NCBI RefSeq assembly: GCF_036321535.1 | Contig: NC_087453.1 | Coordinates: forward strand, 46,996,001-47,060,000 | DNA from: Camelus dromedarius | Taxonomy: Eukaryota | Direction of reading: 5' to 3' | Length of the DNA stretch: 64,000 nucleotides | Shown here: one piece after another, positions 51,625 to 61,780 of the stretch | Layout: every line of letters starts with the position of its first letter | Numbering within the stretch: position 1 is the first letter of the stretch | Made by a program: the position numbers and the translations under genes | The notes under the pieces: generated by a model | The model's database searches: none | Told to the model about the DNA's origin: nothing | Seen by the model: only the letters and a program-made list of their open reading frames with translations

Positions 51625-52110
51625 TCTTTTGTTTAAAAATTGAGTTACAGTCACTTTTCAGCGTTGTGTCAGTTTCTGGTGCGCAGCACAGTGCCTCGGT
51701 CGCACACGCACATACATGTATTCATCTTCACACTCGTTTTCCCCGTGAGCTACTGCAAGATGTTGAATATAGTTCCCTGTGCTGCACAGTATAAACTTGT
51801 GTATCTGTTTTATACATACCAGTCAGTATCTGCAAATCTCAGACTCCCAGTTTATCCCTTCCCACCTACCTCCTCCCCGCTGGCAGCCACAAGTCGGTAT
51901 TCTATGTCTGTGNNNNNNNNNNNNNNNNNNNNNNNNNNNNNNNNNNNNNNNNNNNNNNNNNNNNNNNNNNNNNNNNNNNNNNNNNNNNNNNNNNNNNNNN
52001 NNNNNNNNNNNNNNNNNNNNNNNNNNNNNNNNNNNNNNNNNNNNNNNNNNNNNNNGACCCGGTAATCCCACTCCTGGGCATATATCCAGAAGGAACCCTA
52101 CTTCAAAANN
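51625..52110. mobile_element. Cetartiodactyl LINE-1 3' fragment with an orientation switch across an N gap
   Basis: 51625-51912 is a minus-strand L1 3' end; 52056-52108 gacccggtaatcccactcctgggcatatatccaga is plus-strand L1. Confidence 0.7.
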
Positions 52111-52369
52111 NNNNNNNNNNNNNNNNNNNNNNNNNNNNNNNNNNNNNNNNNNNNNNNNNNNNNNNNNNNNNNNNNNNNNNNNNNNNNNNNNNNNNNNNNN
52201 NNNNNNNNNNNNNNNNNNNNNNNNNNNNNNNNNNNNNNNNNNNNNNNNNNNNNNNNNNNNNNNNNNNNNNNNNNNNNNNNNNNNNNNNNNNNNNNNNNNN
52301 NNNNNNNNNNNNNNNNNNNNNNNNNNNNNNAAGAAAAATACCACTTGATAGCACATTTTTAAAAAAAAT

Positions 52370-52665
52370 CTCACTGCCCTGGAGATCAGAAATCCTAAAA
52401 CCCAGGTGTGGGCAGCGCTGCCTTCCTTCCACAGGCCCTCAAGGAGAACCTCAGTCTTCCCGCTTCCAGAGGCCTCTGCTCAGCCCATGGCCCCCTCCTC
52501 CATCCTCACAGCCAGCAGGGGGCCTTCCAGCCCCTCTCTGACCCTCCACCTCCTTCTCATAAGGACCCTGGTGATGACGTCCGGCCCACCTCCCTGCAAT
52601 GACAGAGGATGGTCTCCCACCTTGGGACCGTTAACTTAGTCCCACCTGCAAAGCCCCCTTTCCCT
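52370..52665 (-). mobile_element. MLT1 (MaLR) LTR
   Basis: ctggagatcagaaatcc-aaaa-ccaggtgtgggcag, ctcataaggaccctggtgatgac-ggcccacc, ttaacttagtcccacctgcaaag. Confidence 0.7.
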
Positions 52666-54527
52666 TCGCAGCGGCCTATTCGCAGGTTCCGGGCGAGGGG
52701 CTGGGGTGGTGAGGACGGGGGCTTTTCTGCCTGTCGTAATAGCACAAGGTTTCTTCTTTCCGGGAATTCCCTGGTTTCTTTCGGCTGAGGCATGTGGACC
52801 CCCCTGGCGTCCCTCCCACCCAGGTTCTGTCTCTACCCAGAACAGCCCCAGCCCAGCCTCGTCTGGTCACCCGGCTGGAGTGCAGGGAGAGTCAGACCCG
52901 AGACCCCCTCCCTTTAGCCTGACCCCTGCCCTCTGCCCCTATCGATTCACTTCTCCACAGGCGGCGAGCTGTTTTCTACCTCGTAGTGCCTTCACCTGCT
53001 CCGAGGACTTCAGCATTCTGCCCCGGATTTCAAAATCTGCCTCAACAATGGCATTTCGCGTTCAGTAACATCTGCGTAGAGTCGGGCCTATAACTCTCAG
53101 GGGGCATAGATCCCCAGTCACGCCCACTGGCGTGGGCCTGCATTAAGGCCCCTTCTCCACACTCACAGCACGAAGCATGTTCACGCCTCCGCAGACGCGC
53201 CCGCATGTCGCCTCACTCGTCCTGCTCTGAGGTCTGACCCCGCGGTTCTGCCTGGTTGCTGCAAATTCCTCACAAAGTCCCACTGTGAACAGAAGCGCCT
53301 CCGACTCAGGGCCAGCTCACGGGCCTCACACCCCCCTCGCTGCCCTGCAGGCCCCGGGTTGTGTCTGGGGAGCCCCAAGATCAGCCAGAGGTCCACCCAG
53401 ACCCCAGTCACTTCTTCCCTTCTGCCTCCCGCCCTGGACGCTTCGTGGTGACAGGGACCTGGGTTCGCTCACGTTTATCTTACAAACACTCAGTTGTCCC
53501 CAGCGCCGGGCCTTCCACAACGCATGGACAGGCGGTTTAGACGCTGAGACCGAAAGCAGAATTGTCAGCTGCCAGGAAGGCTTCCTGCTCGGCCCTGGCC
53601 TGGTGCCGAGCCTCGCGTCTGCACAGACTTGCCTCAGGTGCCTGGAGCCGCACCTCAGACGTGCCCTGCTGGAAGGTGTCCCCTGACGGCCGGACTCTCC
53701 TTTCTGGGGGACCGGCATGCAAGGAGGTGGCACTGGCTGGTCCCCCTGGCAGCTGCCCTGCTGATGGGTTCCTGTGGTCCAAATGCATGTCCTCAAGCCC
53801 GTAGACACTGCCCCTCCAGCCAGCAGAACAGCGCACGCCTGGGGCTCAGAGCACAGGGAAGCAGTCAGGTGGCTGCCCCTGAGCTGGGGACATCCCTGCC
53901 TGGTGGTGAGAGGAGGGTGTCACAGTATCACGGATCTTTCTGGAAGCCACAGTTCCCGCCCTGGAGGCAGCCTCGGGACTTTGGCTGGGCTTCATTTGGT
54001 GGGTCGGGGGCCAGCCTGGGATGGCCGGGCCAGGGGAGTCTGGGTGTCAGCTAGGGGATCCCTGCCCAGGTGCCCCCACACCTGCCTCCGCTCAGACCCG
54101 GCTCCCCTCTGGTGAGGCTGCTCCCCAGCTTCACTTTGTGAGAATTCACTCACCTCCCGGACTCTCCTGCAGGGTCCTCTGCTCTGGAACCTCCTTCTGA
54201 GCGCCGCCCCCCACCCCGGGCTGCACCTTCGGGTGTCTCCTGCAAAGACCAGCCTCCCTGCCGCTGCCCCTCTGCCTCTGGCACTGACTCCAAGGCCCTC
54301 GGGGCAGATCGTCTGGGTTCACATCCCAGTCACGGTGGGCGGGTCACCTCTGTTTGACATGCCTGGGTCTCCGCACCTGGAAAGCGGGTGTGAAATGCTT
54401 CTGCTGTCCTGACAGTTAAGAGGTAACTCAGGAGAGAGCCTAGGGCGGGCTCACGGTGTCAGCTGTTACCATGTCGTCCTTCCTGCCGCCCGACCCTGCC
54501 GCAGGGCTCGTGCAATGAGTGGCTGGC

Positions 54528-54745
54528 GGTGTGCACACGCGCGTGCACACACGCACACACTGTGCACGCACCACACACAAACATCACCCACACACACACC
54601 ACATACACACCATGTACACAAGCACACACACTCACACTGCACACATATCATACATGTACACGTGCACACTACACACACATCACACACACATGCACACAAA
54701 TAGTCACATACACACACACACACAACACACACACGGACACACAGC
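54528..54745. repeat. Long imperfect (CA)n alternating purine-pyrimidine tract
   Basis: About 215 bp of gtgtgcacacgcgcgtgcacacacgcacacac...cacacacggacacacag. Confidence 0.9.
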
Positions 54746-55707
54746 GCCTCTCAAATACACACAGCCAGAATTCTGAGGAAAGGAGGACAGACAAATCCAC
54801 AATCCAATCCCCATGAGGGGTTTTAACACGTCACCCAAGAACAGACGGAGAAGCAGACCGAACCCTAAACCCAAACCAAACTCAGTAAAATAAAACGAAG
54901 TAGGGATGGTCCCTGTAGGGAAGTTTTGATCACATGGGCCACCTGGGATATGTCCATCCCTAACTTTGCACCTGAAAAATGCAGAAGACACAGTCTTTTC
55001 AAGAACGTGGACCACTGGCCATATTCTGGGGAATGAAACAGGTCTCGGCCAATTTCACAGGAGAGACGGAATAGAAAGGCTGTTCTCTGAACGGAGCGGC
55101 CTTGGGCCGGAGGTCAGTAGGAGGAAAGGCCATCAGGAAATGGGCGGCCGTGCGAGAGAACACGGCACTGCCAGCGGGGCCCCGGGCGGAGGGCACGTCA
55201 GGGAACCAGGCGTGTTTGGAGCGCAGAAAGCCAGGGTCAGGCATGGCCGGCGGGGAGCGCGGAGCCAGGTGGGCTTCTGGAGGAAGTCGGGGCGGCGGTG
55301 AGCACAGCTCCCCGCAGACTCCCCCACTGCCGGCTGCACGCCCCATACTCCCAGCCCGGCCGGTCGCGTGGGCTCCAGCCAAGGTCGCAGCAGGCTTGGC
55401 CGCTGCCGTGCTGCCCGGGAGGGGACTCCATGACCCCGGCGGTCCCGGCTGCATGGCTCTGAAGGTGGCAGGGTGGACGCAGGGCCCGGCAGGAGGGACC
55501 CGCCCAGGCTGAAGCCCTGGAAACGCGGGGCACAGAGCCTGCAGCATGCGTGCCCAGCATCCAGGGTTCCTGTGACCGGGGGTGGACAACGTGACCCCCT
55601 GCGCTGCCTCCTGTTCGGTGCCGGCAGGAGAGATGGGCAGTAGGGTGCCGAGGAGCTGGCCTGCGGGGGGCGCCCATCGCCCGTCCTCCCCGCTGACGCC
55701 GGACAGC

Positions 55708-55908
55708 ATGTTCCCGAAGGCGTCTCTGCTGCTGGGGCTCACTGTCCCCGGCAGCCACCTCTGGACCTTTCAGAAGGCCTTTGCAGACGTTAGTAAGAAC
55801 CACGGTTATTTCATGATGTCCGTGGAGTTGGCCGTGGCTTCCTTCAGCAGTGGCAGCAAGGACATGCAGGCCCACAGGCTGCTGGAGGTCGGGCGAGCCC
55901 AGCAGGAG
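55708..55908 (+). CDS. CRES-type cystatin A (CST16/Cstdc1-like), exon 1; non-canonical GC donor
   Basis: 201 bp, MFPKASLLLGLTVPGSHLWTFQKAFADVSKNHGYFMMSVELAVASFSSGSKDMQAHRLLEVGRAQQE; resembles recalled Cstdc1/CST16 (MF-KA-LLLGL, QK-F-D-SK, RLLEVGRAQ); ends at AG|GCGAGT. Confidence 0.7.
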
Positions 55909-56429
55909 GCGAGTGGCCGTCGGGAGCCCAGGCCCAACCCTGGTCCCGGTGACCAGCCCCGAGCCGGCCCACGTCAGCGGGGCTCTGAGGGGATGGCGCG
56001 GCTCTGACGGCGGCCCGGGGGACCAGGATCCCTGCCCCCCTCTCTGGAAGGAGTGGCCTGGGGCCTCCGCGTGTCGGGCCGATGTGACTGAGGGGCGGGT
56101 CTGCTGTCAGGTGTGCCATGCGCGTGCGCGTGCGTGTGCGCTCAGCGCCGCGCGCCCTGCTTCCCGTGACTGTCCCCCGCCACGTACATCTGGCACTGGT
56201 GCTGGGGGTCCTGAGCCGGCCGTCGGGGTTGCGGGGAGGAGGCCAGGCTGCTGGAGGTGCCCTCGGGGTCATCCCCTTTTTGGTTTTGTGCTAGTAGGGA
56301 AGTTGCACAAGGCTTGTGTGACCTGTTTACACACCTCGTCTCGTCTTCTGCCCACTTTTCTACTTGGTTCTCTGCCTTTTTTCATTCCCGGAAAGCAAAC
56401 GTAGCAGCTGCTTCATGATTCCTCGACAG

Positions 56430-56537
56430 AGTTGGACAGTGATATTTTTAATGGACCTAGAGCTGGGCCAGACAATTTGTAGAAAACGTGCTGAAGACCT
56501 CGGCCACTGTCCCCTGCAAGAAGGCCCGGGAGAGAAG
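56430..56537 (+). CDS. Cystatin A (CST16-like), exon 2
   Basis: 108 bp after cgacag: [36 protein letters not shown]; two Cys; GTTTGA donor; in frame. Confidence 0.75.
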
Positions 56538-57039
56538 GTTTGAGAATAAATCAGCGCAAAGCTCCCTGAATCTTCGGACAGTGAAGCATAACACGCGGGA
56601 GAGTGTGTGGGAGAACCTGCCGCCCCCGCGTGCGTCCTGTTCTCCCCACACAGGACGCCTTGCTCCTGGCCCTTCTGGTCACCACGTATGTGGGGGTTTT
56701 TCACAGAAAATAATTCTCTGGGACACCGGGTGTCCACCCGGAGGTGATGTCAGATCTCACGGGTTAGGGGCTCAGCCCCCGACACCGCTCCCCACTTGCA
56801 GGTGCCGGATGCGAGCAGCATGCCCCCAGGGGCCCACAGCTTCTGGCCAACTTGCTACACCTGGGAGATTGCCACCCCGCTCTTCAGGTGTGATGAGTTT
56901 GCTAGTCCGGCTCAAGCTCAGGGAAGGAGGCTCAGGGTGTGACCCGGACACAGAGGCGCAGCCAGGTGCAGAGGTGCCCGGGGTGAGGTCTGGGGGTCCC
57001 GAGCACAGGGGCTCCTGGCCCATGGAGCTGGGGGGGCGG

Positions 57040-57365
57040 CGTCGCCCAGTGTGGATGTGTCCACCAGCCTGGAATCTCTCCACACCCTTTGCTTTGGGAA
57101 TTTTGCGGAGGCTTCATCACATGGGCATGATCAAGCATCAACTCTGTCTCCAGCCGCCGCCCCTCTCCGGAGGATGAGGGCGGGGCTGAGAATCCCAAGC
57201 TTCTAAAGATGCCTTGGTCCTCCTGGTGAGCAGCCCCCACCCAGGAGCCCAGCAGGGTCACCTCAGCAGGACAGGAGGTGCTCCTGGTGGGTTCACCAGT
57301 TAGGAGTTCACGAGAGGCTCGGGAGCTCTACACCAGGAACCCGGGCAGAGACCAACTTAAGCATT
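57040..57365 (-). mobile_element. MER21-like LTR fragment in cystatin A intron 2
   Basis: ggaggcttcatcacatgggcatgat, ggggctgagaatcccaa, gcagcccccacccaggagccca-gggtcacctca, ccaggaacccgggcagagacca. Confidence 0.65.
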
Positions 57366-57468
57366 TTCTATGCGAGGGGGCTTAGGAAAGTCACAGGGGT
57401 GACCCTGGGGCAGAATGCCGGGGAGGAACGGAGGACCGGAGGACCAGAGGACCAGAGTACGGCTAGGT

Positions 57469-58327
57469 TCGCTGGTCACCCCACCTCTCCCCCGGGTCCC
57501 TGGGCTGCGAGGACAAGCCCAGCTCAGCCAGTCCTCCTGTCGTCATCCTACGAGCTGACGTCTGGTCCATTGGACTGGGACCGTGGGCGTGGGCCTCAGT
57601 CAGGGGGACGCCCTCCGGGGGGCTGGTGTCCCCTGATCCCAGCCTGGGGGGCAGCCTCCCCTTGGGGTGGGTCTGCAGCCACTCCCAGGTGGGGGGGCGC
57701 CATCTGGACCCTCTCCTGGGCAGTCTGCCGGCTCCCCGAGCCCACAGGCAGAGGCCCTTCATACAGCATCATGGTGGGTGGGGGGACCTGGGGGACAGGC
57801 AATGGCCCCACCAGGCACCCTCTGGGGAGCCCCCATCCACGACGGGCGGATTCAGCACCCCCGCCCATCACCCAGTGGAGACCTGAGCTCCCGAGCCCGG
57901 CCCCAGGCCGCCGCTGGATTCTGCTTTTCCTCCCTCTTTAGCTTTTAACCCATCCGGGCACCTGTGAAGTCCTCCACGCCACGTGCTCTCACTGCTACGT
58001 TGGTCTGATTTTATGTCTTACGGTTCCTGTTTCCAGGTGAGCTGCACTTTCGTGGTGGACTCGCAACCCTGGATCACCCAGTTCACCCTTGTGAACAGCA
58101 CCTGCCAGCAGAACCAGGGGGAAGGGGCCCCCATCTCCCGCAGCAGACCCTCTTCCTCTGGATGACGTTCCGGGGTCCTAGGTCTGTGCAGCACCAAGGG
58201 AAGTAAAGGCACCTCAGATCACTCTGGGCCCCTGTCAGTTCTGTGTGCTCCCCAATGGTCCGTTTCCATGGATGTCGCCGCCAGTGACGAGTGATGGAGA
58301 AGTTGTCACTGTTGTTCCCACCTGGGC
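57469..58327 (+). repeat. 859-bp near-identical duplicate, copy 1 (partner 61781-62639)
   Basis: Read-through alignment at offset 4312 found only 2 substitutions and 2 single-base indels. Confidence 0.93.
58037..58165 (+). CDS. Cystatin A, exon 3 (virtually identical to the CST12-like exon 3); total 145 aa
   Basis: After ttccag: VSCTFVVDSQPWITQFTLVNSTCQQNQGEGAPISRSRPSSSG*; PW motif and two Cys. Confidence 0.7.
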   Translation: MSCTFVVDSQPWITQFTLVNSTCQQNQGEGAPISRSRPSSSG

Positions 58328-59378
58328 TGTGGGGCAGGACAGTCTGGCATGGACACCCCCGAAGCAGGTCCCTGCGCCCTCCTTGTGCCTGCCCTGGCAA
58401 GAGTGTACCGTGTCCCTCAGAGGTGTGGCCATGAGTCTGGTGACAAGGGTGTCCCCCAGTGTCCACACTCCCTCTCTTTCTGTGCCGGCCCCAGTCCTGT
58501 CCTACAATGGGTCCCCACGACTGTGGTCCAGACCTCCTCTTCCTGGGATCATCTCGCTGGACAGGTGACCCTTGACCCCATGCCCCAGGGGAAGCATTGT
58601 TCACCGGCAGCACCCCTACCTTCCTGGCCTCCCGGCTCCCAGGCCGTGTACGCGTCCCAGGCTGGGCACTTCAGCATCATGGGTCCTGAGAGGAGAGAGT
58701 GATGGAGCCACATGGCAGTGGCCACAGGACCTCAGATGGCAGAGCTGCATGAACGCACGTCAGCCGGGCTGGCGGGGCCCGACTTCCCCAGCCCCGACCC
58801 CTCTCCTGCCTGTGGCTGGGGCTCACGTCCAGTCCCGCAGAGCCCCTGCCTTGGGGTGACTTCCCCCTTGTGCCCCCCTCCCAGGTGCCAAGCACGGCCA
58901 GGCCTCCTGGGAAGACGGACAGCAGGGCCAGGGGTGGTGGGGACGGTGGGCCCCCAGCCCGTGGCCCCCCTCACTGCACCCTCCTGGTGCTCCCTGAGGT
59001 CACAGGCCACGGCCAAGGTCAGAGGGAGACCAGGGCTGCCCTCTGCTCCCCAGGACTTGGGGCCCATCAGTACTAAGTGTCCCCGCGGTTCCACCAGTCC
59101 CGGGATGCGCTGCCGAGGGGGCAGCGCAAGGAGACCCTCACCCAGGCCCCTCTGGGGACAGAGCCACTGCACACATGTCCCTGGGCCCAGGCTTCCCAAA
59201 CAAGTGGTGGGAGTCGTGCCTCTCACTCTGCCCTCAGTCTGGTGGTGACAGCAGGGCGGGCAGGGACGCAGAGGAGGGGCCGGGCAGCAGTGCAGGGGCG
59301 GGGAGCTGGGCAGGGCTAGCCGTCACTGCCACCCCAGCCGGGCGCTGCGGGCCTCCAGGCTGTCGCCAGACGGACAGC

Positions 59379-59573
59379 ATGTTCCCGAGGGAGCCTGTGC
59401 TGCTGGGGCTCCTGGTGCTGGGGCTGCATGTTGGCAGCTGGGACTTCGAGGATGTTAGTAAGAGCACGAATTTCTTCAGCATGTGTGTGGAATTCGCTGT
59501 GTTTCACTTCAACGAGCACCATCCTGATGAGTACGCTTACAAGCTGATGTGGGTGGGGAGGAGCCAGCGCAAG
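59379..59573 (+). CDS. CST12: CST12-like cystatin (cystatin B), exon 1
   Basis: 195 bp, MFPREPVLLGLLVLGLHVGSWDFEDVSKSTNFFSMCVEFAVFHFNEHHPDEYAYKLMWVGRSQRK; resembles recalled mouse Cst12 (VFHFNE, D--AYK, RS-R); AAG|GTGAGG donor. The symbol is assigned by recognition and position. Confidence 0.75.
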
Positions 59574-61317
59574 GTGAGGGGCGCAGGGGAGTGGGTGGGG
59601 GTGCGGGTTAGGGGTGTGTGGGTGAGGGGTGGGGGGCTCCCCTGTGGCTCCACCATCCCCCTGAAACCAAGCCTGGAGGGCGCACCCGTGGTCTGCAGGG
59701 AAAAGCAAGGTGAGTGATGTCTAAAAATACGAGGTAGCGTTAGAAGGGAGAGATCCCACAGAGCTCCGGCCGGCACCTCTCTGGACGCTGTGGGTGCGGG
59801 GGCGGCAGCCTGGGGCCAGCGGAGAGCAGGGTGTGGGAGCTGGTCCCTGGTCCCTGGTCCCTGGGAGGTAGGAGAAAAGCTGGCTTCTAAGTCTGCTTGG
59901 AGGTGATGTGGGGGCACTGATGGGGGTGGGGGCAGGCACGGACCCCAGGTTTTGCCCTGAGCACGTGGGTGAACAGTACTCACCAACTTGCAAGACCATG
60001 GAGTAGGGCAGGGACCAGAAGATGCCTGGGAACCCATCACCTTCGGAATTCCCGAAGCAGCCTAGGAAGGCCCGGAAGGCTGTGGGTCACAGAGCATCAC
60101 TGAGGGTCAGGGTGGAGCCGGATGGCAGTGGGCGTCCTTAGACCTGGTTGTGCAGGGGTTCCTCCCACCCCGCTCCCCCTCGCCCTTCCACTGGAGTAAC
60201 TGTGGTCCAGCCATCGGGAGCCCGGGCCCTACCCTGGTACCGGTGACCAGCCCCGAGCCAGTCCACTTCAGCGGGGCTCTGAGGGGAGGGTCCCCTCTGC
60301 ACACACTCCCGAAGGGACTGGAGGGAGGCCCCCACCCTGCACAGATGGCCCGGCTTCCCTCATGTGGCCCCGTCGCCTGACTGGCTGCCTCTTCCCTGGG
60401 CTGCGTCCCAGCCCCGGAACCAGGGAAGCCGAGGCTGCCTCCCCCGCCCAGCCCGCCCTCACCCAGGACGTGCGGGCGTGCGGGGTGGGCCGGGGTGTGG
60501 CCGGGGGCCTCCGCTGCAGGGATCCCTGGGCCCCGAACGAAGCCAGCTTTCTGCAGGGAGGGCTGCTCCTGCCTGCGGAGCTTTCTGGCTGCCTTCCTCA
60601 CGGTGTTTGGGTTCTTCCCGAGTGTTCCTCACCTCTAAGTAGGGGATGAAATCATAACGCGCAGTGAGTTGTTGGAGGAGCAGCGCCTGGCCCCTGAGCA
60701 CCCACCCACCCGGACCCGGATGAGAGTTGGCTAGTGAGTCCCTGGTGCCGCAGCTCCCCCCACCCCCACCGTGGGAAAGAGGCCCCCCGGCCCCCAGGCC
60801 CGTCCCGATCTGGGTGCAGCCCCCGAGGGATGGCGCGGCTCTGACGGTGGCGCCGGGGACCAGGATCCCCTCCCCCTTCTCTGGAAGGAGTGGCCTGGGG
60901 CCTCCGCGTGTCAGGCCGATGTGACTGAGGGGCGGGTCTGCTGTCAAGTGTGCCGTGCACGTGCGTGTGCGCTCAGCGCCGCGCGCCCTGCTTCCCGTGA
61001 CTGTCCCCCCCTCCACGCACATCTGGCACTGGTGCTGGGGGTCCTGGAGCCGGCCGTCAGGGGGAGTGCAGCGGAGAGGCCAGGCTGCTGGAGGTGCCCT
61101 CAGGGACATCTATTTGTAAGAAAAGTAGAGAATTAAAATGAAAAAGTGAAATAATAAAGAAAATAAGAAACAGGAACAATAAGCGAAGTGCACCAGCTGT
61201 GCCTCCCTCACTGCCTGCGCACCTTCGAGCCTACCGCCCATTTCCTGTTTGCTTCTCTGTGTTTTTCTCACTATCGCAAAGAATTTCACAGGCGTTTCTA
61301 CAATCTCTTCTTTACAG

Positions 61318-61428
61318 AAGCTTAGCTGGACATATTTAATGGACCTGAAGCTGGGCCGCACGATTTGTAGAAAACATGACGAAGACATTGACAACTGTCC
61401 CCTGCAGGAAGGCCCGGGAGAGAAGACG
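61318..61428 (+). CDS. CST12: CST12-like, exon 2
   Basis: 111 bp after tttacag: [37 protein letters not shown]; matches the recalled Cst12 motif [15 protein letters not shown]; GTGTGA donor. Confidence 0.82.
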
Positions 61429-61780
61429 GTGTGAGAATAAATCAGCCCAAATCTTCACGAGGCTTCTGACAGCGAAGCTGCATCAAGGACGGCCTATGGG
61501 GGGCTCGGGAAGGTCGCAGGGATGACCCTCTCCACCGGGCCCCTGGGCTCCTGCAGATGGGAGAGGCGGTCACTCTGCACGGTCACCGCTGTGCCCAGCA
61601 CAGCCTGGCTGGCTCCCCAGAGACCCCCAGAAACCCCCCTCCGACGTGCTCCTCCTCCCTGGGGGAGCTCTTCCTGTCCCAGCTTCCTGCTCCCTGAGGC
61701 TCAGGTCCTGGAGACACTGCTCTTGCCGTGCGCCCCTCTCTCCTTTGCTCCGATTCCTCCGGACAGGAGGACTGTTCAGC

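Noticed and set aside
51625-52110. Apparent twin-primed (inverted) L1
   Set aside because: The orientation switch coincides with an N gap, so a scaffolding artefact cannot be excluded.
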